In this document: positions 1 through 9,321 of the stretch, in pieces
Layout: each line of letters starts with the position of its first letter
Position numbering within the stretch: position 1 is the first letter of the stretch
NCBI RefSeq assembly: GCF_000025125.1
Contig: NC_013771.1
Coordinates: 210,001-242,000 of the forward strand
Direction of reading: 5' to 3'
Origin: Candidatus Atelocyanobacterium thalassa isolate ALOHA
GTDB lineage: Bacteria; Cyanobacteriota; Cyanobacteriia; Cyanobacteriales; Microcystaceae
DNA: 32,000 nt
Translations under genes and position numbers: made by a program
Notes under the pieces: generated by a model
Seen by the model: only the letters and a program-made list of their open reading frames with translations
The model's database searches: none
What the model was told of the DNA's origin: nothing

Positions 1-88
1 TGGTCTTTTGAGCAGTAAGCTGGTATTTATTTCATCCATAAGTTGTATTGGTTTTTATTTTAATGTTCTATATTTTGGAAACAAATCA

Positions 89-2005
89 TTAAGAGTTAAA
101 CATTTTATCAATAATAACCTGATAATGTTTCATAATAACAAGACGTTTCATTTTTAATGTTTGAGTCATCATATTATTTTCAATAGAAAATGGCTCTAAT
201 ATAAAATCAAAAGTTTTTATCAAATCATCTGAACGATATCCTGGGCGATTTTGCACTTCTTTCTTTAACTCCTTACGATATAAGTCTTGAATTGATTGTG
301 AGTAAAGATCATTATCAGCCAAGACATTTTTTAACTCATCTTTGGATGGTATGTTCAGGTGTAAATTTTGATCTTCTGCCCAAGACTTTAACATATCCAG
401 ATTTGGAACTATTAAAGCTCCCAACATTTTTTGATCCTGCCCAACCAACATGATTTGATCAATATATACACTTCTTAAACAAGCATCTTCAATAGGTTGA
501 GGTTCAATATTTTCTCCATTACTTAAAACAATAGTATCTTTAATCCTCCCGGTGATGACAAGATCATTCATAGGAGTTAACCATCCTAAGTCTCCACTAT
601 CAAACCATCCTTGAGAATCTTTAACTTTGTTAGTTTCTTCTATTTTTTTATAGTATCCTTGCATGACTTGTGGTCCTCTAATGAGTATTAAGCCACACTT
701 TCCTTTAGACAAGATTTGTCTGGTATTAGGATCTACAATATTAATTTCAGTTCCAGCAATCGGCTGCCCTGCTGTTCCTCTTAAGTTATGTTTATGAGTA
801 CGTGCATTAGCAACAGGAGAAGTTTCTGTAAGACCATATCCTACTAATATAGGGATATCAATAATTTCATAAAAATCATCTAAGTGTTTTGCTAAAGATC
901 CTCCTCCACTAATAAGTGTTTTAAAGCTTCCTCCTAAATTATCTCGAATTTGACGATAAACTAATAAGTCAGCTAGTTTATGTATTGGATAAAGAGCAAT
1001 AAGTTTTATAAAGGCCATAGCTCTTGTTTGAAAAGAAGGTTTTAAGTTCTCTAAACTAAGACAGTTAAAAATACGTCTACATACAATAAATTTGAGAGAA
1101 TTTTCAAAACAATATTTTATTATTTTTTCTTTTGCAACACTTTGTTCTCTAAATTGTTTTTGAATAACTTCATATAAAGATTCCCAAAGACGAGGTACAC
1201 CAACCATGTGGTGCGGCTTGAATTTTTTTAGATCATTTTTAAAATTACGAATATTTGTGTAAATTAAAGTACATCCTTGAGAAAGTAAAAAATATTCTGC
1301 ACTACGTTCATAAGAATGCCAAGATGGCAATATACTAAGGATACGATCACCTGGCTTAGGCTTGATTATGGTATCTAAGCTCCTGATTTGATGTAGTATA
1401 TTGCCGTGAGACAACATAGCTCCTTTTGGCTTTCCTGTTGTTCCTGAGGTATAAATTAAAGTAGCCAGATCGGTATCTTTTTTAACAATAGATCTTAAGT
1501 CAAAGTTTTTACCAAGTTTCATAAGCTCAGTAAAATTTAAAACCTTCACAGGTATTTCTAAATTACTTTTTTCATTACTTAATAAAATAATTAAACGTAA
1601 ATTAAATTGATCTGAAAAAGAATATAATTTTTCTAGTGTTTTTATATCTTCTACAATAAGTATACTACTATCACTATCTTGAAGAATATGAAGTAATTCA
1701 TTAGGATCTGACTGAGAAGATCGCACTGCATTTGATGCTCCTGCAAGCATTGATCCTTGATCAGCTATAAACCAACGAGGACTATTGTCAGCAATTAAAC
1801 AAATTTTGTCATTTTCTACAATTCCTAAGGATTGAAGTCCAGCTGCAAAAATTTTTAACTGTTCATATAATTGGGAAAAAGTCAGTTTAACTTCTGGCTT
1901 ACTATGAGGATCATAAAGTGCAATGATATCAGCAAATTTTGTAGCTGTAATTGCCCATATTTCCGATAAAGCTTGTAAATTACGATATTCGCGAATAGTT
2001 GTCAT
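89..2005 (-). CDS. aas: AMP-dependent long-chain acyl-ACP/acyl-CoA synthetase (cyanobacterial Aas-like)
   Basis: 638-aa ORF with an ATG start (cat at 2003-2005). It carries the adenylate-forming signature IYTSGTTGKPKG plus GYGLTETSP and GWFDSGDLG motifs. The N-terminus resembles cyanobacterial Aas (slr1609 type) from memory. Confidence 0.85.
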   Translation of the reverse strand: MTTIREYRNLQALSEIWAITATKFADIIALYDPHSKPEVKLTFSQLYEQLKIFAAGLQSLGIVENDKICLIADNSPRWFIADQGSMLAGASNAVRSSQSDPNELLHILQDSDSSILIVEDIKTLEKLYSFSDQFNLRLIILLSNEKSNLEIPVKVLNFTELMKLGKNFDLRSIVKKDTDLATLIYTSGTTGKPKGAMLSHGNILHQIRSLDTIIKPKPGDRILSILPSWHSYERSAEYFLLSQGCTLIYTNIRNFKNDLKKFKPHHMVGVPRLWESLYEVIQKQFREQSVAKEKIIKYCFENSLKFIVCRRIFNCLSLENLKPSFQTRAMAFIKLIALYPIHKLADLLVYRQIRDNLGGSFKTLISGGGSLAKHLDDFYEIIDIPILVGYGLTETSPVANARTHKHNLRGTAGQPIAGTEINIVDPNTRQILSKGKCGLILIRGPQVMQGYYKKIEETNKVKDSQGWFDSGDLGWLTPMNDLVITGRIKDTIVLSNGENIEPQPIEDACLRSVYIDQIMLVGQDQKMLGALIVPNLDMLKSWAEDQNLHLNIPSKDELKNVLADNDLYSQSIQDLYRKELKKEVQNRPGYRSDDLIKTFDFILEPFSIENNMMTQTLKMKRLVIMKHYQVIIDKMFNS

Positions 2006-2817
2006 AAAATCTACTTTAATAACTTTTTATCCTATTACATTAAACTAACTAATAATAAAACAAATATTTCGAAATAAATAATCATTTTTAATATCAATAC
2101 TAATTATATTTATATTAACGACTACCTATCTCTTTGAATACTTTTATATTCATAAAAAATTAGTTTTGATTATTCTTAAATTACTTTGTAACAAAATTAG
2201 AATAATATTTATTATTTTAGCTTTTTATTACAAAGTGATTTAAGAATAAAAAGCTAAAATTATCTCGATTATTTTTATATCAATTTAGCTTTTTTGTTTT
2301 TTGAGTTAATTCTTTTAAAGATATTTATCGAACTTAACCACTATAGTATGAAAATAAGTACTAGGAAAATATATAAAAATTACTAATAACTCAAAAAAGT
2401 ATTAATCTGCAACTCATACTATATTCCTTTATCTATTATTTTTTTAATTCTTTTATAACTACTGAGCTGAATTTTTTACAAAGTTAATTTAATATTGTCA
2501 TACAGATTGGTTAGGAAAGAGAAAAATTACTTGATTATTATATTAGCGGATAATAAGAGACACTATTATATCTGGGAGTATCCAATAACTAATAAAGGAA
2601 CAAGTCTCTAAACGACATAAGTCATTTTTTAGCAAGTGGATAAGTTGAAAGTTATTTATTTTAGTAAAATATAAATAGTTAACTGTTAAAGCTAATTTTT
2701 AAACTCGTGAGAAATGAAAATATTTAAAAAAGTTTATTTTTGTATAGTCCATAACTTTCTTAAAACCTTATCTATCTCAACAATATCTATAATCACGGGA
2801 ACCTATTTTGTATATTG

Positions 2818-3594
2818 TTATTGTAAAGATTCTTTTTGTAAATTTCGAGCCTTAAAAAAAGTTTCTAAACTATGAGCATCACCAACATAGCGCCAATGCC
2901 AAGGCTCATAACTAATGTTTTGAATATTATTTGGTGGAAAAGATAGCTCAAAACTATATTTAGCTGCATTTTTCTTTAACCATTTAAAAAGAAGTGTATT
3001 TTCAAATTCTATATTCAAATGTGTTGAAGGAGAGTCACCATCTCCAATGTCAATCGCATACCCTGTATGATGTTCACTGTATTGAGGAGGTGCACTAACT
3101 TCAGCTCTTTTTCTTGTCTCCTCATTTTGGCGCCGCTTTACTTCAAAAAATAAATACTCTTGTTGATTAAAGGTTCTAAATCCAGATATTGGAACTAAGG
3201 TGAAACCATTCTTTCTTGCATCTTGTTGCATTCGTAAGAAGTTCTTAGCCGCTTTTGTTCTGAGCTTGATGCGCCCATCACTAGTAACTGAAATCAAATC
3301 CTCTAAAGAGGCTTCAGTATAGGGCAAATGACCAAGAACATTTTCAATTTTATTAGTAGTCAAGTTTGACGAAGGAGCAAAATCAGTTGTTGCTTTAGAA
3401 GACAAGAATAATTTTTGTGATGTTGGGGGAAAAATGCGTGTTATTAAAAAAACACTAAAACTAAGAACTCCAAAACTAACTAAACCTACTGTAAGAAAGT
3501 TAGTCTTTCGAGGTGTGCTAGGTTTATAATTCGGGGTGTCCCTCGATGCTTCAGGTATATCTAAAGACATTCCTTGCTTTTGTTTTCCCTTCAT
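2818..3594 (-). CDS. VanY-type D-alanyl-D-alanine carboxypeptidase (peptidase M15B) with an N-terminal membrane anchor
   Basis: 258-aa ORF with an ATG start. It has one TM segment (FLTVGLVSFGVLSFSVFLITRIF). The zinc-ligand pattern SEHHTGYAIDI ... EPWHWRY is typical of VanY/M15B peptidases. Confidence 0.8.
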   Translation of the reverse strand: MKGKQKQGMSLDIPEASRDTPNYKPSTPRKTNFLTVGLVSFGVLSFSVFLITRIFPPTSQKLFLSSKATTDFAPSSNLTTNKIENVLGHLPYTEASLEDLISVTSDGRIKLRTKAAKNFLRMQQDARKNGFTLVPISGFRTFNQQEYLFFEVKRRQNEETRKRAEVSAPPQYSEHHTGYAIDIGDGDSPSTHLNIEFENTLLFKWLKKNAAKYSFELSFPPNNIQNISYEPWHWRYVGDAHSLETFFKARNLQKESLQ

Positions 3595-4565
3595 GGATTA
3601 ATAGTTGATGGTATTTTTTTAGTATTTTTACTCATATTCTAAAGGTAAATATAAAGTTAATAACAATATTGATTGTAAGTTGTTAAGATAATTTTTCTTA
3701 TCTGTAACTGATTTTTTATAGTTATTAGTTCCTTGATCTTACCTCAGAACAATTGATATATGTAGAAATTACTATTCAAACAGTATTTATTTAATTGTAA
3801 AAAAAGTAATAATCATAAACTTAATAATCATTAAGATATTGACCTATTGCTTTTAGTCCCATAGTTTACAAATAAATAATATAAAAAATATTACTTGAAT
3901 CGGTTAAAAAATTATCAATACTTTAAGTTTAATAATAATCGAGTACTTAACATAGCATAAAATCATCAATGTATAATAATTTTGACAGTTATACAAGTAA
4001 TACATCTATTTTTTTTAATATCAATAAAATAGCAAATCTTCTTGATTCTATTAGTCAAGAAAATTTGTTATTTCATTGATATTATCATTTTTAGCTAGTA
4101 AAAACTTACGAAAATACTTTTATAGAATTAAGTATAGTTATAAGTTAATTTACATATAGGAAAAATCATATAAAATTTTCTTTTTATAAATCTAATTAAT
4201 AAATCAAAAAAGGTTTTTAGTTAAATAAAATGAAATATAGGAGGTTACAAAAATTAGTTTAATTGTTGAACAAAGTTATTCGCAACTATTGTATGCAGTG
4301 CTTTTCATTAATTATATTGTATTATAAAATACCCTTATTAACTCTAAAAAAACTTGAAATATAATTTTTATAATCAATGATACTTAAGGTAAAAATAATA
4401 ATTTTTTATTTTTTATAAATGAAAAAATTATATTGGCAATAGAGAAAAATATTTGATAGCTATCGTAAATATTTTTAGAAAAACAATACAAAATATTTTG
4501 TCAGTTTTAATTTAATGATATAGTTAAAATCACATTGATAATGTAATGATAAGACACAATAAATA

Positions 4566-5633
4566 ATGCTTAATCATAGGTTTTTTCAGTTATCATTTTT
4601 AGTTAAATTATTCTTTAATTTTGTTCTTATTAGTTTTATTTGTTTAGGTTTATTAGCCTGTAACAACAATTTTGAAACAACTTCTCTTAAAATCAAAACC
4701 AACTTAGTTCCTATTTTTGAAAACAAATTATCAGAAGTTCCTCCTTCAGATACCATTCAATTGTTAAGTGAAAGTTTAAAAAAGTATCACCCAAAGATAG
4801 AAATTGTTAGTCCTAAGCCATATGAAATGCTGTCAGACAATAATGTGTCTGTTAAATTACGGTTAACAGATTATCCTTTATTTAAAAATGAAAAATTAGA
4901 TTTGGGCCCTTACTTACATCTTTTCGTTGATAAAAAATCTTATAAAAAAATTTATGATTTGAGTGAACCAATAATTTTAGAAGATTTAGATCCTGGAACA
5001 CATACTATTAGGGTTTTAGTTTCTAGACCATGGCATGAAAGCTTCAAAACTAAGGAAGCATATGCCCAGACAACATTTCATATATTTACAGAAATAGACA
5101 ATAATTCTCCAGATCCTTCTCTACCTATGCTTACATATAATAGTCCCCAAGGTGATTATGGTGAAGAGCCTATTATGTTAGATTTCTATATATCTAATTT
5201 ATCTTCAGACCCATTAAAAAATAGTAATATCAATAACAAAAAAATCGACTGGCGTGTAAAGGCAACTATCAATGGAGAAGCATTTATTCTAAATAAATTA
5301 GAACCCATTTATCTAAAGGGTTTTAAGCCAGGTAAAAACTGGATTAAGTTAGAGTTAATTGATAAAAATGGTGAGAAAATTAATAATATTTTTAATGATG
5401 CAATACAGTTAATTAATTACGATCCTAACAAAAAAGATATATTATCTAAATTAATTCAAGGAGGATTATCTAATCAGTTAGCCTATTCTATAATTGATCC
5501 AAAATTCCCACAAATTCCAGAGATAATTATTGAAGAAGAACCCCTTCCTCCTCAGCTAAAAGAAATAACACCTTCTGTCGAAAATGAAAAAGAGTCTCAG
5601 AAAAATAGTAATCTTTCAGAACAACTAACATAG
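4566..5633 (+). CDS. hypothetical exported lipoprotein, apparently two tandem beta-rich repeats
   Basis: 355-aa ORF with an ATG start. The hydrophobic N-terminus ends in a lipobox-like LLAC. Two segments share an architecture (LDPGTHTIRVLV vs FKPGKNWIKLELI). An ORF this long in roughly 30% GC DNA is unlikely by chance. Confidence 0.7.
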   Translation: MLNHRFFQLSFLVKLFFNFVLISFICLGLLACNNNFETTSLKIKTNLVPIFENKLSEVPPSDTIQLLSESLKKYHPKIEIVSPKPYEMLSDNNVSVKLRLTDYPLFKNEKLDLGPYLHLFVDKKSYKKIYDLSEPIILEDLDPGTHTIRVLVSRPWHESFKTKEAYAQTTFHIFTEIDNNSPDPSLPMLTYNSPQGDYGEEPIMLDFYISNLSSDPLKNSNINNKKIDWRVKATINGEAFILNKLEPIYLKGFKPGKNWIKLELIDKNGEKINNIFNDAIQLINYDPNKKDILSKLIQGGLSNQLAYSIIDPKFPQIPEIIIEEEPLPPQLKEITPSVENEKESQKNSNLSEQLT

Positions 5634-5753
5634 TTACAAAATTTATGGGCTTTATAAAGCTATAGTTAAGTTTTTTGAGTTATGCTTCAAAGCTGAACTA
5701 TTCTAAAAAGTATCTAGAGACAATTTACCCAATTAAGCTGGAGTGAGGTTATC

Positions 5754-6359
5754 GTGTTTATCAAACACTCACACATATTAGCAGGATTAGCTCTTAGCTT
5801 ATCCTTTTTCGGTATCAATCCTGCTCAGGCAGATACCAACCAAAAAGAGATTTTCCTGAGTCAGTTGAGAGGTTCCGCGATTGAAGATCCTATCGATGTA
5901 TATCGTGCAGATTGGTTAAAATTTAAGTTTGAAGACTATGCTATTGGTCGTATTCGTGGAGTTACTGGAGATGTAGCTCAAATCCAAATCATTTCAGCTG
6001 GTCAAAGCAAAGATGCTCATATCAGAATGCATTATGATGTTGGAATGTTTACTAAAGGTGAAAGAGACGTTTGGCGTGTTAGTACCCAAATGCCTCGCCA
6101 GTGGCCTACTCTTGTAGCCGGTTCTGATGTAATCATGAAAGAGGTAGATGGTCAATGGGTTATTATTAGCCCTAAAAGATCTGATTTAGATGCATATTTT
6201 GCGTATGCTCAACCTAGTTGGATATCTCGTTTAGACTTGAGAGAAGTGCCTCTAGTTACACGTACAGATATTAACTGGGGTCGCCCTGATGTAAGTTTAC
6301 CTCCTTTACAACCTAATCAGAAGGCTCCAGCACCAGAGCCAGTTCCTGGTATGTGGTAA
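5754..6359 (+). CDS. hypothetical secreted protein with a proline-rich C-terminus
   Basis: 201-aa ORF with a GTG start, preceded by a TGAGG Shine-Dalgarno-like motif (5744-5748, 5-nt spacing). Signal peptide with AQA cleavage motif (GINPAQA/DT). Its base composition is visibly less AT-biased than its neighbours. Confidence 0.7.
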   Translation: MFIKHSHILAGLALSLSFFGINPAQADTNQKEIFLSQLRGSAIEDPIDVYRADWLKFKFEDYAIGRIRGVTGDVAQIQIISAGQSKDAHIRMHYDVGMFTKGERDVWRVSTQMPRQWPTLVAGSDVIMKEVDGQWVIISPKRSDLDAYFAYAQPSWISRLDLREVPLVTRTDINWGRPDVSLPPLQPNQKAPAPEPVPGMW

Positions 6360-6366
6360 AGGTTTT

Positions 6367-6459
6367 AATTTAGATTATCACTTCAATTTAAAGACTAAAA
6401 GCAACACTTTATAGTAAGGTGTTGCTTTTAGTCTTTAAATTGAAGTGATAATCTAAATT
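6367..6459. repeat. perfect inverted repeat, 41-nt arms (6367-6407 / 6419-6459) and 11-nt loop; possible terminator or stability hairpin for the upstream gene
   Basis: I checked it base by base. The left arm aatttagattatcacttcaatttaaagactaaaagcaacac is exactly the reverse complement of the right arm. It starts 7 nt after the stop codon at 6357-6359. Confidence 0.9.
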
Positions 6460-6599
6460 CTTAATATAATCTTTTTTATTTAAGAAACTAACTAGATAAT
6501 TTACTAAATATGTATTTCAAGTCTTTATCATAGAATCAATGTAATACATTATTAAATGTTTCTATTTTTCAAGTAACACTCATCTTAGTATGTTTTCTA

Positions 6600-7205
6600 A
6601 TGAGCCAATTATGTAAAAGAATCATAGGTTTAACTGGTGGTATTGCTACTGGCAAAACAAGTGTTTCTTCTTATATTAAGAGACACTTTAGTATTCCTGT
6701 CTTAGATGCAGACGCATATGCTAGAAATGAAATTAGATTAAATTCTACTCTTTCTAAACTTATCAAGCAACGATATGGGAAAAGCATCTACTTAGAAAAT
6801 GGAGACTTAGATTATCAGAGATTAGGGAATATAATATTTTATGATGTCAAACAAAAAGAATGGTTAGAAAATAAAATCCATCCCTACGTTAAACAAATAT
6901 TTATTACAGAAATTAAAAAAAGTAAAAGTAGAACTCTGATTTTAGATTTGCCGTTACTTTTTGAATCCAAACTAACTTTTTTGGTAACAGAAATCTGGAT
7001 TGTATATTGTAATGAACAAGAGCAGTTGAAAAGGCTAATGAAGAGAAATTCTTTGAATAAGAAAGATGGAATTATACGTATGAAAAATCAATTACCATTT
7101 AAAGATAAAGTAAAAACAGCAGATTATATTCTTGATAATTCTTCTACATTCGAAAATCTGTATATTCAAATAAATGAAGTTATAAGAAAAACTGACTTAT
7201 ATTAA
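6600..7205 (+). CDS. coaE: dephospho-CoA kinase
   Basis: 201-aa ORF with an ATG start. It has the P-loop IGLTGGIATGKT at the extreme N-terminus, and its length and layout are typical of CoaE. Confidence 0.85.
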   Translation: MSQLCKRIIGLTGGIATGKTSVSSYIKRHFSIPVLDADAYARNEIRLNSTLSKLIKQRYGKSIYLENGDLDYQRLGNIIFYDVKQKEWLENKIHPYVKQIFITEIKKSKSRTLILDLPLLFESKLTFLVTEIWIVYCNEQEQLKRLMKRNSLNKKDGIIRMKNQLPFKDKVKTADYILDNSSTFENLYIQINEVIRKTDLY

Positions 7206-7213
7206 GTTCTACT

Positions 7214-8182
7214 TTATTTTTTATAATATGTAGATACTTTGAGATTAACAATTGAAAAAGCTAATATTATTAGAAATAAAACTAGCCCAATTGTACATGC
7301 ATAATTAATATCTAAATCATGAAATGCTTTTTCATAGAGGTAATAAACAATTGTTTTAGAGCTGTTTAAAGGTCCTCCTTGAGTCATAATATAAACCTCT
7401 TCAAAAGTTTTGATAGCAGAAATAGAAGATATGACAGCAACCAGGAGTATATAAGAACGCATCAAGGGGATTGTGATATCTAAGTGTTTTTGCCAACCAT
7501 CTGAACCGTCTATAGCAGCAGCTTCATATAATTCTTTAGAAATTCCTTGCAATCCTGCTAGATAAATCATCATATAATATCCTAAACCCTTCCAAACTGT
7601 AACAAGCATGACACTCCAAATTGCCATTTTAGTGCTAGTTAGCCAAGGAATTGCATCTATTCCTAAGTAGTTAAGCATTTGATTAAATAATCCATTAGAA
7701 CTATACAAAGCTTTCCATGTAATCCCTACAACAACCGTTGAGATAATTACCGGAATATAAAATGCTAAACGAAATAAGCTAATACCTCTTAAATTGTTAT
7801 TAACTAAAATAGCTAATAGAAGTGGAAGTGAAACTAAGAGAGGAACTACCCCTAAAAGATATAGTATTGTGTTTATTAATGTTTTCCAAAATGCTGAATC
7901 TTGTGATAGCCTATAAAAGTTTTCTAGACCTATCCAATTAGAGGGTTTTGTTAGATCGTAGTTATATTGTGTAAAGCTTAGATAAAAGGCTTGAAAAGTA
8001 GGAATTAATATAACAATTCCAAGTAAAAATAAAGCTGGAAATAAGAATAAATATGGTGTAAGTTTTATTAATAATTGCTGTTTAGTTAGAGTTACAGGTT
8101 TCACAAAAGATTCGATATTTACTTTAGCTCTACCCGAAATAGTAACACAGGAAATCAAAAAGATCTTTAAATAATAATTCAA
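7214..8182 (-). CDS. ABC transporter permease, carbohydrate (UgpA/MalF-like) family
   Basis: 322-aa polytopic ORF. It has the EAA-loop-like segment ELYEAAAIDGSDGWQKHLDITIPLM and the TPYLFLFPALF N-terminal TM typical of sugar permeases. The start is uncertain: the 8182 codon is TTG, an in-frame GTG lies at 8104, and there is no early ATG. Confidence 0.8.
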   Translation of the reverse strand: MNYYLKIFLISCVTISGRAKVNIESFVKPVTLTKQQLLIKLTPYLFLFPALFLLGIVILIPTFQAFYLSFTQYNYDLTKPSNWIGLENFYRLSQDSAFWKTLINTILYLLGVVPLLVSLPLLLAILVNNNLRGISLFRLAFYIPVIISTVVVGITWKALYSSNGLFNQMLNYLGIDAIPWLTSTKMAIWSVMLVTVWKGLGYYMMIYLAGLQGISKELYEAAAIDGSDGWQKHLDITIPLMRSYILLVAVISSISAIKTFEEVYIMTQGGPLNSSKTIVYYLYEKAFHDLDINYACTIGLVLFLIILAFSIVNLKVSTYYKK

Positions 8183-8724
8183 CTTCTTTTATCATAAGAT
8201 ATATTCATAATCTGTAAATTAATAAAAGTAAACTTATTAATGAAAAATTAATGACTAGTATGATAATAAAAAGATACTTGACAAGTATTAAAGTATAAAA
8301 AATACATCTCAAAAGCTATATCATATTCACTTATATGATTTTGAATTAGTTTACTTTGATATTTAAAAAGTTTTATAAGATATTTTAGTATCTACAATTT
8401 ATTGCCTAAATAATTTTAGTCTTTGGAAATCTTTCCTTATTGTAAATTAATAATAAATTTTCTTTATTCTTCATAAAAATAAATGCAAAACATAGAAAAT
8501 TTTCATATCTATTAACATGAAGAAATTCTGCTCGTTACTTGAAAATTTATTGAACAAATAGCTAATACAGCAATTAACAAGTTTTTTGATCTATACGTTA
8601 TGTTTCGGTTAATAAATATTTATTTAATTATATTTTTTCTTTGCAGCAAAATTAGTTATTTACTATTATCATATAGTAATTCTAATAATAATTTTAATTG
8701 AGGTTAAGGTTTTCATTATTTGTT

Positions 8725-9294
8725 ATGAGTCAAAACTACGAAATTTCTCAACCGCTTCCTCCTAGTGTCAAACGTGCCTCAACTATTCTTCAATGGTCAG
8801 GAAATATTGGCTTTTGGACACAATTAGTATTAGGAGTATTGGCAGCAGCTCTCCTGTTTTTGTCTTTAGCAGGATTAGTTACACAGGATAAATCATCAGA
8901 AGGAACTTCTTTTAGTGTTTTTTGTTCCATTTCTGGTGTTATAGCACTTATGATCAGCACATTTATTTGTTTTAGATACAAGAAAATTGCTCAATTAATG
9001 AAGAATCCTGAACCAAAGGCTAGACCTAAAAAATCTTCAACCTTACAGTTGATCAGAGCAGGATTATTATCTAATTTAGTAGGTATTTTCTTGTCAATTA
9101 TTGGTGCAGAAGGCTTTGTTGGGATCCTTTGGAGAAAGCTTTCTAACATTCCTCAAGGTGCAGCAGTCTACGATACTGGTAAATTACCAACTCCTAGCGA
9201 AATTTTATTACTTCTAGCTAATACACATACGATATCATGCCATTTTGCTGGAATTATAGTAGGTTTATATCTCTTAGATCGGTTAGATAGATAA
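8725..9294 (+). CDS. DUF3611 / Tic21(PIC1)-like four-TM membrane protein
   Basis: The track ORF opens at a TTG (8698); I prefer the first ATG at 8725 (MSQNYE...). It has four hydrophobic segments. The N-terminal LQWSGNIGFWTQLVLGVL pattern matches my memory of the DUF3611 family, so the family name is less certain than the coding call. Confidence 0.65.
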   Translation: MSQNYEISQPLPPSVKRASTILQWSGNIGFWTQLVLGVLAAALLFLSLAGLVTQDKSSEGTSFSVFCSISGVIALMISTFICFRYKKIAQLMKNPEPKARPKKSSTLQLIRAGLLSNLVGIFLSIIGAEGFVGILWRKLSNIPQGAAVYDTGKLPTPSEILLLLANTHTISCHFAGIIVGLYLLDRLDR

Positions 9295-9321
9295 TAATTT
9301 AAATAATTTAGTACGGGATTA

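Noticed and set aside
1-39. Possible minus-strand gene start (ATG at 37-39, reading MDEINTSLLLKRP to the window edge) or a plus-strand gene end (TAA at 16-18)
   Set aside because: Only about 13 codons are visible, which is too short to support either call.
2170-2183. The 14-mer ttattcttaaatta is shared between 2170-2183 and 9787-9800
   Set aside because: It is a low-complexity AT-rich string in AT-rich spacers. The flanks do not extend the match, so there is not enough evidence for a dispersed repeat family.
8698-8724. TTG-initiated N-terminal extension of the DUF3611-like ORF (similarly, the GTG at 15609 for tal)
   Set aside because: In both cases an ATG lies a few codons downstream, immediately before the conserved N-terminus. 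The extensions add non-conserved-looking residues.
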